A DNA stretch of 64,000 bases from the human T2T-CHM13v2.0 reference genome, Homo sapiens, in assembly GCF_009914755.1 (NCBI RefSeq), contig NC_060925.1, one strand, 5' to 3'. The position numbers were made by a program, and so were the translations under genes. The first letter of the stretch is position 1. Every line of letters begins with the position of its first letter. Positions 43,501 to 57,299 of the stretch are shown piece after piece. The notes under the pieces are model-generated. The model was not told the origin of the DNA, did not search any database, and worked only from the letters and a program-made list of their open reading frames with translations.

Positions 43501-46500
43501 ACCAAATGGAATCGAATGGAATCACCGAATAGAATCGAATGGAACAATCATCGAATGGACTCAAATGGAATTATCCTCAAATGGAATCGAATGGAATTAT
43601 CGAATGCAATCGAATGGAATTATCGAATGCAATCGAATAGAATCATCGAAAGGACTCGAATGGAATCATCGAATGGAATGGAATGGAACAGTCAATGAAC
43701 TCGAATGGAATCATCATTGAATGGAATCGAATGGAATCATCGAGTGGAATCGAATGGAATTATGATCAAATGGAATCGAATGTAATCACCATCAAATGGA
43801 ATCAAAAATAACCATCATCAATTGGTATTGAATGGAATTGTCATCAAATGGAATTCAAAGGAATCATCATCAAATGGAACCGAATGGAATCCTCATTGAA
43901 TGGAAATGAAAGGGGTCATCATCTAATGGAATCGCATGGAATCATCATCAAATGGAATCGAATGGAATCATCATCAAATGGAATCTAATGGAATCATTGA
44001 ACAGAATTGAATGGAATCGTCATCGAATGAATTGAATGCAATCATCGAATGGTCTCGAATGGAATCATCTTCTAATGGAAAGGAATGGAATCATCGCATA
44101 GAATCGAATGGAATTATCATCGAATGGAATCGAATGGAATCAACATCAAACGGAAAAAAACAGAATTATCGTATGGAATCGAAGAGAATCATCGAAGGGA
44201 CCCGAATGGAATCATCTAATGGAATGGAATGGAATAATCCATGGACTCGAATGCAATCATCATCGAATGGAATCGAATGGAATCATCGAATGGACTCGAA
44301 TGGAATAATCATTGAACGGAATCGAATGGAATCATCATCGGATGGAAACGAATGGAATCATCATCGAATGGAAATGAAAGGAGTCATCATCTAATGGAAT
44401 TGCATGGAATCATCATAAAATGGAATCGAATGGAATCAACATCAAATGGAATCAAATGGAATCATTGAACGGAATTGAATGAAATCGTCATCGAATGAAT
44501 TGAATGCAATCATAGAATGGTCTCGAATGGAATCATCTTCAAATGGAATGGAATGGAATCATCGCATAGAATCGAATGGAATTATCATCGAATGGAATCG
44601 AATGGAATCAACATCAAACGGAAAAAAAAGTAATTATCGAATGGAATCGAAGAGAATCATCGAATGGACCCGAATGGAATCATCTAATGGAATGGAATGG
44701 AATAATCCATGGACTCGAATGCAATCATCATCGAATGGAATCGAATGGAATCATCGAATGGACTCGAATGGAATAATCATTGAACGGAATCGAATGGAAT
44801 CATCATCGGATGGAAATGAATGGAATCATCATCGAATGGAATCGAATAGAATTATGGAATGAAATCCAGTGTGATCATCATCGAATGGACCCGAATGGAA
44901 TCATCATCCAACGGAAGCTAATGGAATCAACATCGAATGAATCGAATGGAAACACCATCGAATTGAAACGAATGGAATTATCATGAAATTGAAATGGATG
45001 GACTCATCATCGAATGGATTCGAATGGAATCATCGAATAAAATTGATTGAAATCATCATCGAATGGAATCGAATGGTATCATTGAATGGAATCGAATGGA
45101 ATCATCATCAGATGGAAATGAATGGAATCGTCATAGAATGGAATCGAATGGATTCATTGAATGGAATCAGATGGAATCATCGAATGGACTGGAATGGAAT
45201 CATTGAATGGACTCGAAAGGGATCATTATTGAATGGAATTGAATGGAATCATCGAATGGTCTCGATTGGAATCATTATCAAATGGAATCGAATGGAATCA
45301 CCGAATAGAATCGAATGGAACAATCATCGAATGGACTCAAATGGAATTATCCTCAAATGGAATCGAATGGAATTATCGAATGCAATCGAATGGAATTATC
45401 GAATGCAATCGAATAGAATCATCGAATGGACTCGAATGGAATCATCGAATGGAATGGAATGGAACAGTCAATGAACTCGAATGGAATCATCATTGAATGG
45501 AATCGAATGGAATCATCGAGTGGAATCGAATGGAATTATGATCAAATGGAATCGAATGTAATCATCATCAAATGGAATCAAAAATAACCATCATCAATTG
45601 GTATTGAATGGAATTGTCATCAAATGGAATTCAAAGGAATCATCATCAAATGGAACCGAATGGAATCCTCATTGAATGGAAATGAAAGGGGTCATCATCT
45701 AATGGAATCGCATGGAATCATCATCAAATGGAATCGAATGGAATCATCATCAAATGGAATCGAATGGAATCATTGAACAGAATTGAATGGAATCGTCATC
45801 GAATGAATTGAATGCAATCATCGAATGGTCTCGAATGGAATCATCTTCTAATGGAAAGGAATGGAATCATCGCATAGAATCGAATGGAATTATCATCGAA
45901 TGGAATCGAATGGTATCAACACCAAACGGAAAAAAACGGAATTATCGAATGGAATCGAAGAGAATCTTCGAACGGACCCGAATGGAATCATCTAATGGAA
46001 TGGAATGGAATAATCCATGGACTCGAATGCAATCATCATCGAATGGAATCGAATGGAATCATCGAATGGACTCGAATGGAATAATCATTGAACGGAATCG
46101 AATGGAATCATCATCGGATGGAAACGAATGGAATCATCATCGAATGGAAATGAAAGGAGTCATAATCTAATGGAATTGCATGGAATCATCATAAAATGGA
46201 ATCGAATGGAATCAACATCAAATGGAATCAAATGGAATCATTGAACGGAATTGAATGGAATCGTCATCGAATGAATTGAATGCAATCATCGAATGGTCTC
46301 GAATGGAATCATCTTCAAATGGAATGGAATGGAATCATCGCATAGAATCGAATGGAATTATCATCGAATGGAATCGAATGGAATCAACATCAAACGGAAA
46401 AAAACGGAATTATCGAATGGAATCGAAGAGAATCATCGAATGGACCCGAATGGAATCATCTAATGGAATGGAATGGAATAATCCATGGACTCGAATGCAA

Positions 46501-49500
46501 TCATCATCCAATGGAATCGAATGGAATCATCGAATGGACTCGAATGGAATAATCATTGAACGGAATCGAATGGAATCATCATCGGATGGAAATGAATGGA
46601 ATCATCATCGAATGGAATCGAATAGAATTATGGAATGAAATCCAGTGTGATCATCATCGAATGGACCCGAATGGAATCATCATCCAACGGAAGCTAATGG
46701 AATCAACATCGAATGAATCAAATGGAAACACCATCGAATTGAAACGAATGGAATTATCATGAAATTGAAATGGATGGACTCATCATCGAATGGATTAATG
46801 GAATCATCGAATAAAATTGATTGAAATCATCATCGAATGGAATCGAATGGTATCATTGAATGGAATCGAATGGAATCATCATCAGATGGAAATGAATGGA
46901 CTCGTCATAGAATGGAATCGAATGGATTCATTGAATGGAATCAGATGGAATCATCGAATGGACTGGAATGGAATCATTGAATGGACTCGAAAGGGATCAT
47001 GATTGAATGGAATTGAATGGAATCATCGAATGGTCTCGATTGGAATCATTATCAAATGGAATCGAATGGAATCACCGAATAGAATCGAATGGCACAATCA
47101 TCGAATGGACTCAAATGGAATTATCCTCCAATGGAATCGAATGGAATTATCGAATGCAATCGAATGGAATTATCGAATGCAATCGAATAGAATCATCGAA
47201 TGGACTCGAATGGAATCATCGAATGGAATGGAATGGAACAGTCAATGAACTCGAATGGAATCATCATTGAATGGAATCGAATGGAATCATCGAGTGGAAT
47301 CGAATGGAATTATGATCAAATGGAATCGAATGTAATCATCATCAAATGGAATCAAAAATAACCATCATCAATTGGTATTGAATGGAATTGTCATCAAATG
47401 GAATTCAAAGGAATCATCATCAAATGGAACCGAATGGAATCCTCATTGAATGGAAATGAAAGGGGTCATCATCTAATGGAATCGCATGGAATCATCATCA
47501 AATGGAATCGAATGGAATCATCATCAAATGGAATCTAATGGAATCATTGAACAGAATTGAATGGAATCGTCATCGAATGAATTGAATGCAATCATCGAAT
47601 GGTCTCGAATGGAATCATCTTCTAATGGAAAGGAATGGAATCATCGCATAGAATCGAATGGAATTATCATCGAATGGAATCGAATGGAATCAACATCAAA
47701 CGGAAAAAAACAGAATTATCGTATGGAATCGAAGAGAATCATCGAAGGGACCCGAATGGAATCATCTAATGGAATGGAATGGAATAATCCATGGACTCGA
47801 ATGCAATCATCATCGAATGGAATCGAATGGAATCATCGAATGGACTCGAATGGAATAATCATTGAACGGAATCGAATGGAATCATCATCGGATGGAAATG
47901 AATGGAATCATCATCGAATGGAATCGAATAGAATTATGGAATGAAATCCAGTGTGATCATCATCGAATGGACCCGAATGGAATCATCATCTAACGGAAGC
48001 TAATGGAATCAACATCGAATGAATCGAATGGAAACACCATCGAATTGAAACGAATGGAATTATCATGAAATTGAAATGGATGGACTCATCATCGAATGGA
48101 TTCGAATGGAATCATCGAATAAAATTGATTGAAATCATCATCCAATGGAATCGAATGGTATCATTGAATGGAATCGAATGGAATCATCATCAGATGGAAA
48201 TGAATGGAATCGTCATAAAATGGAATCGAATGGATTCATTGAATGGAATCAGATGGAATCATCGAATGGACTGGAATGGAATCATTGAATGGACTCGAAA
48301 GGGATCATTATTGAATGGAATTGAATGGAATCATCGAATGGTCTCGATTGGAATCATTATCAAATGGAATCGAATGGAATCACCGAACAGAATCGAATGG
48401 AACAATCATCGAATGGACTCAAATGGAATTATCCTCCAATGGAATCAAATGGAATTATCGAATGCAATCGAATGGAATTATCGAATGCAATCGAATAGAA
48501 TCATCGAATGGACTCGAATGGAATCATCGAATGGAATGGAATGGAACAGTCAATGAACTCGAATGGAATCATCATTGAATGGAATCGAATGGAATCATCG
48601 AGTGGAATCGAATGGAATTATGATCAAATGGAATCGAATGTAATCATCATCAAATGGAATCAAAAATAACCATCATCAATTGGTATTGAATGGAATTGTC
48701 ATCAAATGGAATTCAAAGGAATCATCATCAAATGGAACCGAATGGAATCCTCATTGAATGGAAATGAAAGGGGTCATCATCTAATGGAATCGCATGGAAT
48801 CATCATCAAATGGAATCGAATGGAATCATCATCAAATGGAATCTAATGGAATCATTGAACAGAATTGAATGGAATCGTCATCGAATGAATTGAATGCAAT
48901 CATCGAATGGTCTCGAATGGAATCATCTTCTAATGGAAAGGAATGGAATCATCGCATAGAATCGAATGGAATTATCATCGAATGGAATCGAATGGTATCA
49001 ACACCAAACGGAAAAAAACGGAATTATCGAATGGAATCGAAGAGAATCTTCGAACGGACCCGAATGGAATCATCTAATGGAATGGAATGGAATAATCCAT
49101 GGACTCGAATGCAATCATCATCGAATGGAATCGAATGGAATCATCGAATGGACTCGAATGGAATAATCATTGAACGGAATCGAATGGAATCATCATCGGA
49201 TGGAAACGAATGGAATCATCATCGAATGGAAATGAAAGGAGTCATCATCTAATGAAATTGCATGGAATCATCATAAAATGGAATCGAATGGAATCAACAT
49301 CAAATGGAATCAAATGGAATCATTGAACGGAATTGAATGGAATCGTCATCGAATGAATTGACTGCAATCATCGAATGGTCTCGAATGGAATCATCTTCAA
49401 ATGGAATGGAATGGAATCATCGCATAGAATCGAATGGAATTATCATCGAATGGAATCGAATGGAATCAACATCAAACGGAAAAAAACGGAATTATCGAAT

Positions 49501-52500
49501 GGAATCGAAGAGAATCATCGAATGGACCCGAATGGAATCATCTAATGGAATGGAATGGAATAATCCATGGACTCGAATGCAATCATCATCCAATGGAATC
49601 GAATGGAATCATCGAATGGACTCGAATGGAATAATCATTGAACGGAATTGAATGGAATCATCATCGGATGGAAATGAATGGAATCATCATCGAATGGAAT
49701 CGAATAGAATTATGGAATGAAATCCAGTGTGATCATCATCGAATGGACCCGAATGGAATCATCATCCAACGGAAGCTAATGGAATCAACATCGAATGAAT
49801 CGAATGGAAACACCATCGAATTGAAACGAATGGAATTATCATGAAATTGAAATGGATGGACTCATCATCGAATGGATTCGAATGGAATCATCGAATAAAA
49901 TTGATTGAAATCATCATCGAATGGAATCGAATGGTATCATTGAATGGAATCGAATGGAATCATCATCAGATGGAAATGAATGGAATCGTCATAGAATGGA
50001 ATCGAATGGATTCATTGAATGGAATCAGATGGAATCATCGAATGGACTGGAATGGAATCATTGAATGGACTCGAAAGGGATCATTATTGAATGGAATTGA
50101 ATGGAATCATCGAATCGTCTCGATTGGAATCATTACCAAATGGAATCGAATGGAATCACCGAATAGAATCGAATGGAACAATCATCGAATGGACTCAAAT
50201 GGAATTATCCTCAAATGGAATCGAATGGAATTATCGAATGCAATCGAATGGAATTATCGAATGCAATCGAATAGAATCATCGAAAGGACTCGAATGGAAT
50301 CATCGAATGGAATGGAATGGAACAGTCAATGAACTCGAATGGAATCATCATTGAATGGAATCGAATGGAATCATCGAGTGGAATCGAATGGAATTATGAT
50401 CAAATGGAATCGAATGTAATCACCATCAAATGGAATCAAAAATAACCATCATCAATTGGTATTGAATGGAATTGTCATCAAATGGAATTCAAAGGAATCA
50501 TCATCAAATGGAACCGAATGGAATCCTCATTGAATGGAAATGAAAGGGGTCATCATCTAATGGAATCGCATGGAATCATCATCAAATGGAATCGAATGGA
50601 ATCATCATCAAATGGAATCTAATGGAATCATTGAACAGAATTGAATGGAATCGTCATCGAATGAATTGAATGCAATCATCGAATGGTCTCGAATGGAATC
50701 ATCTTCTAATGGAAAGGAATGGAATCATCGCATAGAATCGAATGGAATTATCATCGAATGGAATCGAATGGAATCAACATCAAACGGAAAAAAACAGAAT
50801 TATCGTATGGAATCGAAGAGAATCATCGAAGGGACCCGAATGGAATCATCTAATGGAATGGAATGGAATAATCCATGGACTCGAATGCAATCATCATCGA
50901 ATGGAATCGAATGGAATCATCGAATGGACTCGAATGGAATAATCATTGAACGGAATCGAATGGAATCATCATCGGATGGAAACGAATGGAATCATCATCG
51001 AATGGAAATGAAAGGAGTCATCATCTAATGGAATTGCATGGAATCATCATAAAATGGAATCGAATGGAATCAACATCAAATGGAATCAAATGGAATCATT
51101 GAACGGAATTGAATGGAATCGTCATCGAATGAATTGACTGCAATCATCGAATGGTCTCGAATGGAATCATCTTCAAATGGAATGGAATGGAATCATCGCA
51201 TAGAATCGAATGGAATTATCATCGAATGGAATCGAATGGAATCAACATCAAACGGAAAAAAACGGAATTATCGAATGGAATCGAAGAGAATCATCGAATG
51301 GACCCGAATGGAATCATCTAATGGAATGGAATGGAATAATCCATGGACTCGAATGCAATCATCATCGAATGGAATCGAATGGAATCATCGAATGGACTCG
51401 AATGGAATAATCATTGAACGGAATTGAATGGAATCATCATCGGATGGAAATGAATGGAATCATCATCGAATGGAATCGAATAGAATCATGGAATGAAATC
51501 CAGTGTGATCATCATCGAATGGACCCGAATGGAATCATCATCCAACGGAAGCTAATGGAATCAACATCGAATGAATCGAATGGAAACACCATCGAATTGA
51601 AACGAATGGAATTATCATGAAATTGAAATGGATGGACTCATCATCGAATGGATTCGAATGGAATCATCGAATAAAATTGATTGAAATCATCATCGAATGG
51701 AATCGAATGGTATCATTGAATGGAATCGAATGGAATCATCATCAGATGGAAATGAATGGAATCGTCATAGAATGGAATCGAATGGATTCATTGAATGGAA
51801 TCAGATGGAATCATCGAATGGACTGGAATGGAATCATTGAATGGACTCGAAAGGGATCATTATTGAATGGAATTGAATGGAATCATCGAATGGTCTCGAT
51901 TGGAATCATTATCAAATGGAATCGAATGGAATCACCGAATAGAATCGAATGGAACAATCATCGAATGGACTCAAATGGAATTATCCTCAAATGGAATCGA
52001 ATGGAATTATCGAATGCAATCGAATGGAATTATCGAATGCAATCGAATAGAATCATCGAATGGACTCGAATGGAATCATCGAATGGAATGGAATGGAACA
52101 GTCAATGAACTCGAATGGAATCATCATTGAATGGAATCGAATGGAATCATCGAGTGGAATCGAATGGAATTATGATCAAATGGAATCGAATGTAATCATC
52201 ATCAAATGGAATCAAAAATAACCATCATCAATTGGTATTGAATGGAATTGTCATCAAATGGAATTCAAAGGAATCATCATCAAATGGAACCGAATGGAAT
52301 CCTCATTGAATGGAAATGAAAGGGGTCATCATCTAATGGAATCGCATGGAATCATCATCAAATGGAATCGAATGGAATCATCATCAAATGGAATCGAATG
52401 GAATCATTGAACAGAATTGAATGGAATCGTCATCGAATGAATTGAATGCAATCATCGAATGGTCTCGAATGGAATCATCTTCTAATGGAAAGGAATGGAA

Positions 52501-54300
52501 TCATCGCATAGAATCGAATGGAATTATCATCGAATGGAATCGAATGGTATCAACACCAAACGGAAAAAAACGGAATTATCGAATGGAATCGAAGAGAATC
52601 TTCGAACGGACCCGAATGGAATCATCTAATGGAATGGAATGGAATAATCCATGGACTCGAATGCAATCATCATCGAATGGAATCGAATGGAATCATCGAA
52701 TGGACTCGAATGGAATAATCATTGAACGGAATCGAATGGAATCATCATCGGATGGAAACGAATGGAATCATCATCGAATGGAAATGAAAGGAGTCATAAT
52801 CTAATGGAATTGCATGGAATCATCATAAAATGGAATCGAATGGAATCAACATCAAATGGAATCAAATGGAATCATTGAACGGAATTGAATGGAATCGTCA
52901 TCGAATGAATTGAATGCAATCATCGAATGGTCTCGAATGGAATCATCTTCAAATGGAATGGAATGGAATCATCGCATAGAATCGAATGGAATTATCATCG
53001 AATGGAATCGAATGGAATCAACATCAAACGGAAAAAAACGGAATTATCGAATGGAATCGAAGAGAATCATCGAATGGACCCGAATGGAATCATCTAATGG
53101 AATGGAATGGAATAATCCATGGACTCGAATGCAATCATCATCCAATGGAATCGAATGGAATCATCGAATGGACTCGAATGGAATAATCATTGAACGGAAT
53201 CGAATGGAATCATCATCGGATGGAAATGAATGGAATCATCATCGAATGGAATCGAATAGAATTATGGAATGAAATCCAGTGTGATCATCATCGAATGGAC
53301 CCGAATGGAATCATCATCCAACGGAAGCTAATGGAATCAACATCGAATGAATCAAATGGAAACACCATCGAATTGAAACGAATGGAATTATCATGAAATT
53401 GAAATGGATGGACTCATCATCGAATGGATTAATGGAATCATCGAATAAAATTGATTGAAATCATCATCGAATGGAATCGAATGGTATCATTGAATGGAAT
53501 CGAATGGAATCATCATCAGATGGAAATGAATGGACTCGTCATAGAATGGAATCGAATGGATTCATTGAATGGAATCAGATGGAATCATCGAATGGACTGG
53601 AATGGAATCATTGAATGGACTCGAAAGGGATCATGATTGAATGGAATTGAATGGAATCATCGAATGGTCTCGATTGGAATCATTATCAAATGGAATCGAA
53701 TGGAATCACCGAATAGAATCGAATGGCACAATCATCGAATGGACTCAAATGGAATTATCCTCCAATGGAATCGAATGGAATTATCGAATGCAATCGAATG
53801 GAATTATCGAATGCAATCGAATAGAATCATCGAATGGACTCGAATGGAATCATCGAATGGAATGGAATGGAACAGTCAATGAACTCGAATGGAATCATCA
53901 TTGAATGGAATCGAATGGAATCATCGAGTGGAATCGAATGGAATTATGATCAAATGGAATCGAATGTAATCATCATCAAATGGAATCAAAAATAACCATC
54001 ATCAATTGGTATTGAATGGAATTGTCATCAAATGGAATTCAAAGGAATCATCATCAAATGGAACCGAATGGAATCCTCATTGAATGGAAATGAAAGGGGT
54101 CATCATCTAATGGAATCGCATGGAATCATCATCAAATGGAATCGAATGGAATCATCATCAAATGGAATCTAATGGAATCATTGAACAGAATTGAATGGAA
54201 TCGTCATCGAATGAATTGAATGCAATCATCGAATGGTCTCGAATGGAATCATCTTCTAATGGAAAGGAATGGAATCATCGCATAGAATCGAATGGAATTA
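40600..54300 (+). repeat. Tandem 6,634-bp duplication (two copies; boundaries approximate)
   Basis: Private variants repeat at a 6,634 offset: fused block 40927/47561, TAATGAAATTG ~42620/49254, TAATCACCATC ~43787/50421, GTCATAATCT ~46162/52796, GGATTAATGG ~46792/53426, GGCACAATC 47091/53725. Confidence 0.88.
40826..41290 (+). repeat. Fused A/B sub-block (468-bp deletion; 1,308-bp variant unit); repeated at ~47460-47924
   Basis: Segment-C ORFs at 40123 and 41431 are only 1,308 apart. The block has A-type 5' bases (TCTAATGGAAAGG ~40988) and B-type 3' bases (GGAATCAACATC ~41052). Confidence 0.9.
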
Positions 54301-57299
54301 TCATCGAATGGAATCGAATGGTATCAACACCAAACGGAAAAAAACGGAATTATCGAATGGAATCGAAGAGAATCTTCGAACGGACCCGAATGGAATCATC
54401 TAATGGAATGGAATGGAATAATCCATGGACTCGAATGCAATCATCATCGAATGGAATCGAATGGAATCATCGAATGGACTCGAATGGAATAATCATTGAG
54501 CAGAATCGAATGGAATCATCATCTGATGGAAATGAAAGGAGTCATCATCTAATGGAATTGCATGGAATCATCATCAAATGGAATCGAATGGAATCAACAT
54601 CAAATGGAATCAAATGGAATCATTGAACGGAATTGAATGGAATCGTCATCGAATGAATTGAATGCAATCATCGAATGGTCTCGAATGGAATCATCTTCAA
54701 ATGGAATGGAATGGAATCATCGCATAGAATCGAATGGAATTATCATCGAATGGAATCGAATGGAATCAACATCAAACGGAAAAAAACGGAATTATCGAAT
54801 GGAATCGAAGAGAATCATCGAATGGACCCGAATGGAATCATCTAATGGAATGGAATGGAATAATCCATGGACTCGAATGCAATCATCATCGAATGGAATC
54901 GAATGGAATCATCGAATGGACTCGAATGGAATAATCATTGAACGGAATAGAATGGAATCATCATCGGATGGAAATGAATGGAATCGTCATCGAATGGAAT
55001 CGAATAGAATTATGGAATGAAATCCAGTGTGATCATCATCGAATGGACCCGAATGGAATCATCATCCAACGGAAGCTAATGGAATCAACATCGAATGAAT
55101 CAAATGGAAACACCATCGAATTGAAACGAATGGAATTACCATGAAATTGAAATGGATGGACTCATCATCGAATGGATTCGAATGGAATCATCGAATAAAA
55201 TTGATTGAAATCATCATCGAATGGAATCGAATGGTATCATTGAATGGAATCGAATGGAATCATCATCAGATGGAAATGAATGGAATCGTCATAGAATGGA
55301 ATCGAATGGATTCATTGAATGGAATCAGATGGAATCATCGAATGGACTGGAATGGAATCATTGAATGGACTCGAAAGGGATCATGATTGAATGCAATCGA
55401 ATAGAATCATCGAATGGACTCGAATGGAATCATCGAATGGAGTGGAATGGAACACTCAATGAACTCGAATGGAATCATCATTGAATGGAATCGAAAGGAA
55501 TCATTGAGTGGAATCGAATGGAATTATGATCAAATGGAATCGAATGTAATCATCATCAAATGGAATCAAAAATAACCATCATCAATTGGTATTGAATGGA
55601 ATTGTCATCAAATGGAATTCAAAGGAATCATCATCAAATGGAACCGAATGGAATCCTCATTGAATGGAAATGAAAGGGGTCATCATCTAATGGAATCGCA
55701 TGGAATCATCATCAAATGGAATCGAATGGAATCATCATCAAATGGAATCTAATGGAATCATTGAACAGAATTGAATGGAATCGTCATCGAATGAATTGAA
55801 TGCAATCATCGAATGGTCTCGAATGGAATCATCTTCTAATGGAAAGGAATGGAATCATCGCATAGAATCGAATGGAATTATCATCGAATGGAATCGAATG
55901 GTATCAACACCAAACGGAAAAAAACGGAATTATCGAATGGAATCGAAGAGAATCTTCGAACGGACCCGAATGGAATCATCTAATGGAATGGAATGGAATA
56001 ATCCATGGACTCGAATGCAATCATCATCGAATGGAATCGAATGGAATCATCGAATGGACTCGAATGGAATAATCATTGAACGGAATCGAATGGAATCATC
56101 ATCGGATGGAAACGAATGGAATCATCATCGAATGGAAATGAAAGGAGTCATCATCTAATGGAATTGCATGGAATCATCATAAAATGGAATCGAATGGAAT
56201 CAACATCAAATGGAATCAAATGGAATCATTGAACGGAATTGAATGGAATCGTCATCGAATGAATTGAATGCAATCATCGAATGGTCTCGAATGGAATCAT
56301 CTTCAAATGGAATGGAATGGAATCATCGCATAGAATCGAATGGAATTATCATCGAATGGAATCGAATGGAATCAACATCAAACGGAAAAAAACGGAATTA
56401 TCGAATGGAATCGAAGAGAATCATCGAATGGACCCGAATGGAATCATCTAATGGAATGGAATGGAATAATCCATGGACTCGAATGCAATCATCATCGAAT
56501 GGAATCGAATGGAATCATCGAATGGACTCGAATGGAATAATCATTGAACGGAATCGAATGGAATCATCATCGGATGGAAATGAAAGGAGTCATCATCTAA
56601 TGGAATTGCATGGAATCATCATAAAATGGAATCGAATGGAATCAACATCAAATTGAATCAAATGGAATCATTGAACGGAATTGAATGGAATCGTCATCGA
56701 ATGAATTGAATGCAATCATCGAATGGTCTCGAATGGAATCATCTTCAAATGGAATGGAATGGAATCATCACATAGAATCGAATGGAATTATCATCGAATG
56801 GAATCGAATGGAATCAACATCAAACGGAAAAAAACGGAATTATCGAATGGAATCGAAGAGAATCATCGAATGGACCCGAATGGAATCATCTAATGGAATG
56901 GAATGGAATAATCCATGGACTCGAATGCAATCATCATCGAATGGAATCGAATGGAATCATCGAATGGACTCGAATGGAATAATCATTGAACGGAATCGAA
57001 TGGAATCGTCATCGGATGGAAATGAATGGAATCATCATCGAATGGAATCGAATAGAATTATGGAATGAAATCCAGTGTGATCATCATCGAATGGACCCGA
57101 ATGGAATCATCATCCAACGGAAGCTAATGGAATCAACATCGAATGAATCGAATGGAAACACCATCGAATTGAAACGAATGGAATTACCATGAAATTGAAA
57201 TGGATGGACTCATCATCGAATGGATTCGAATGGAATCATCGAATAAAATTGATTGAAATCATCATCGAATGGTATCGAATGGTATCATTGAATGGAATC

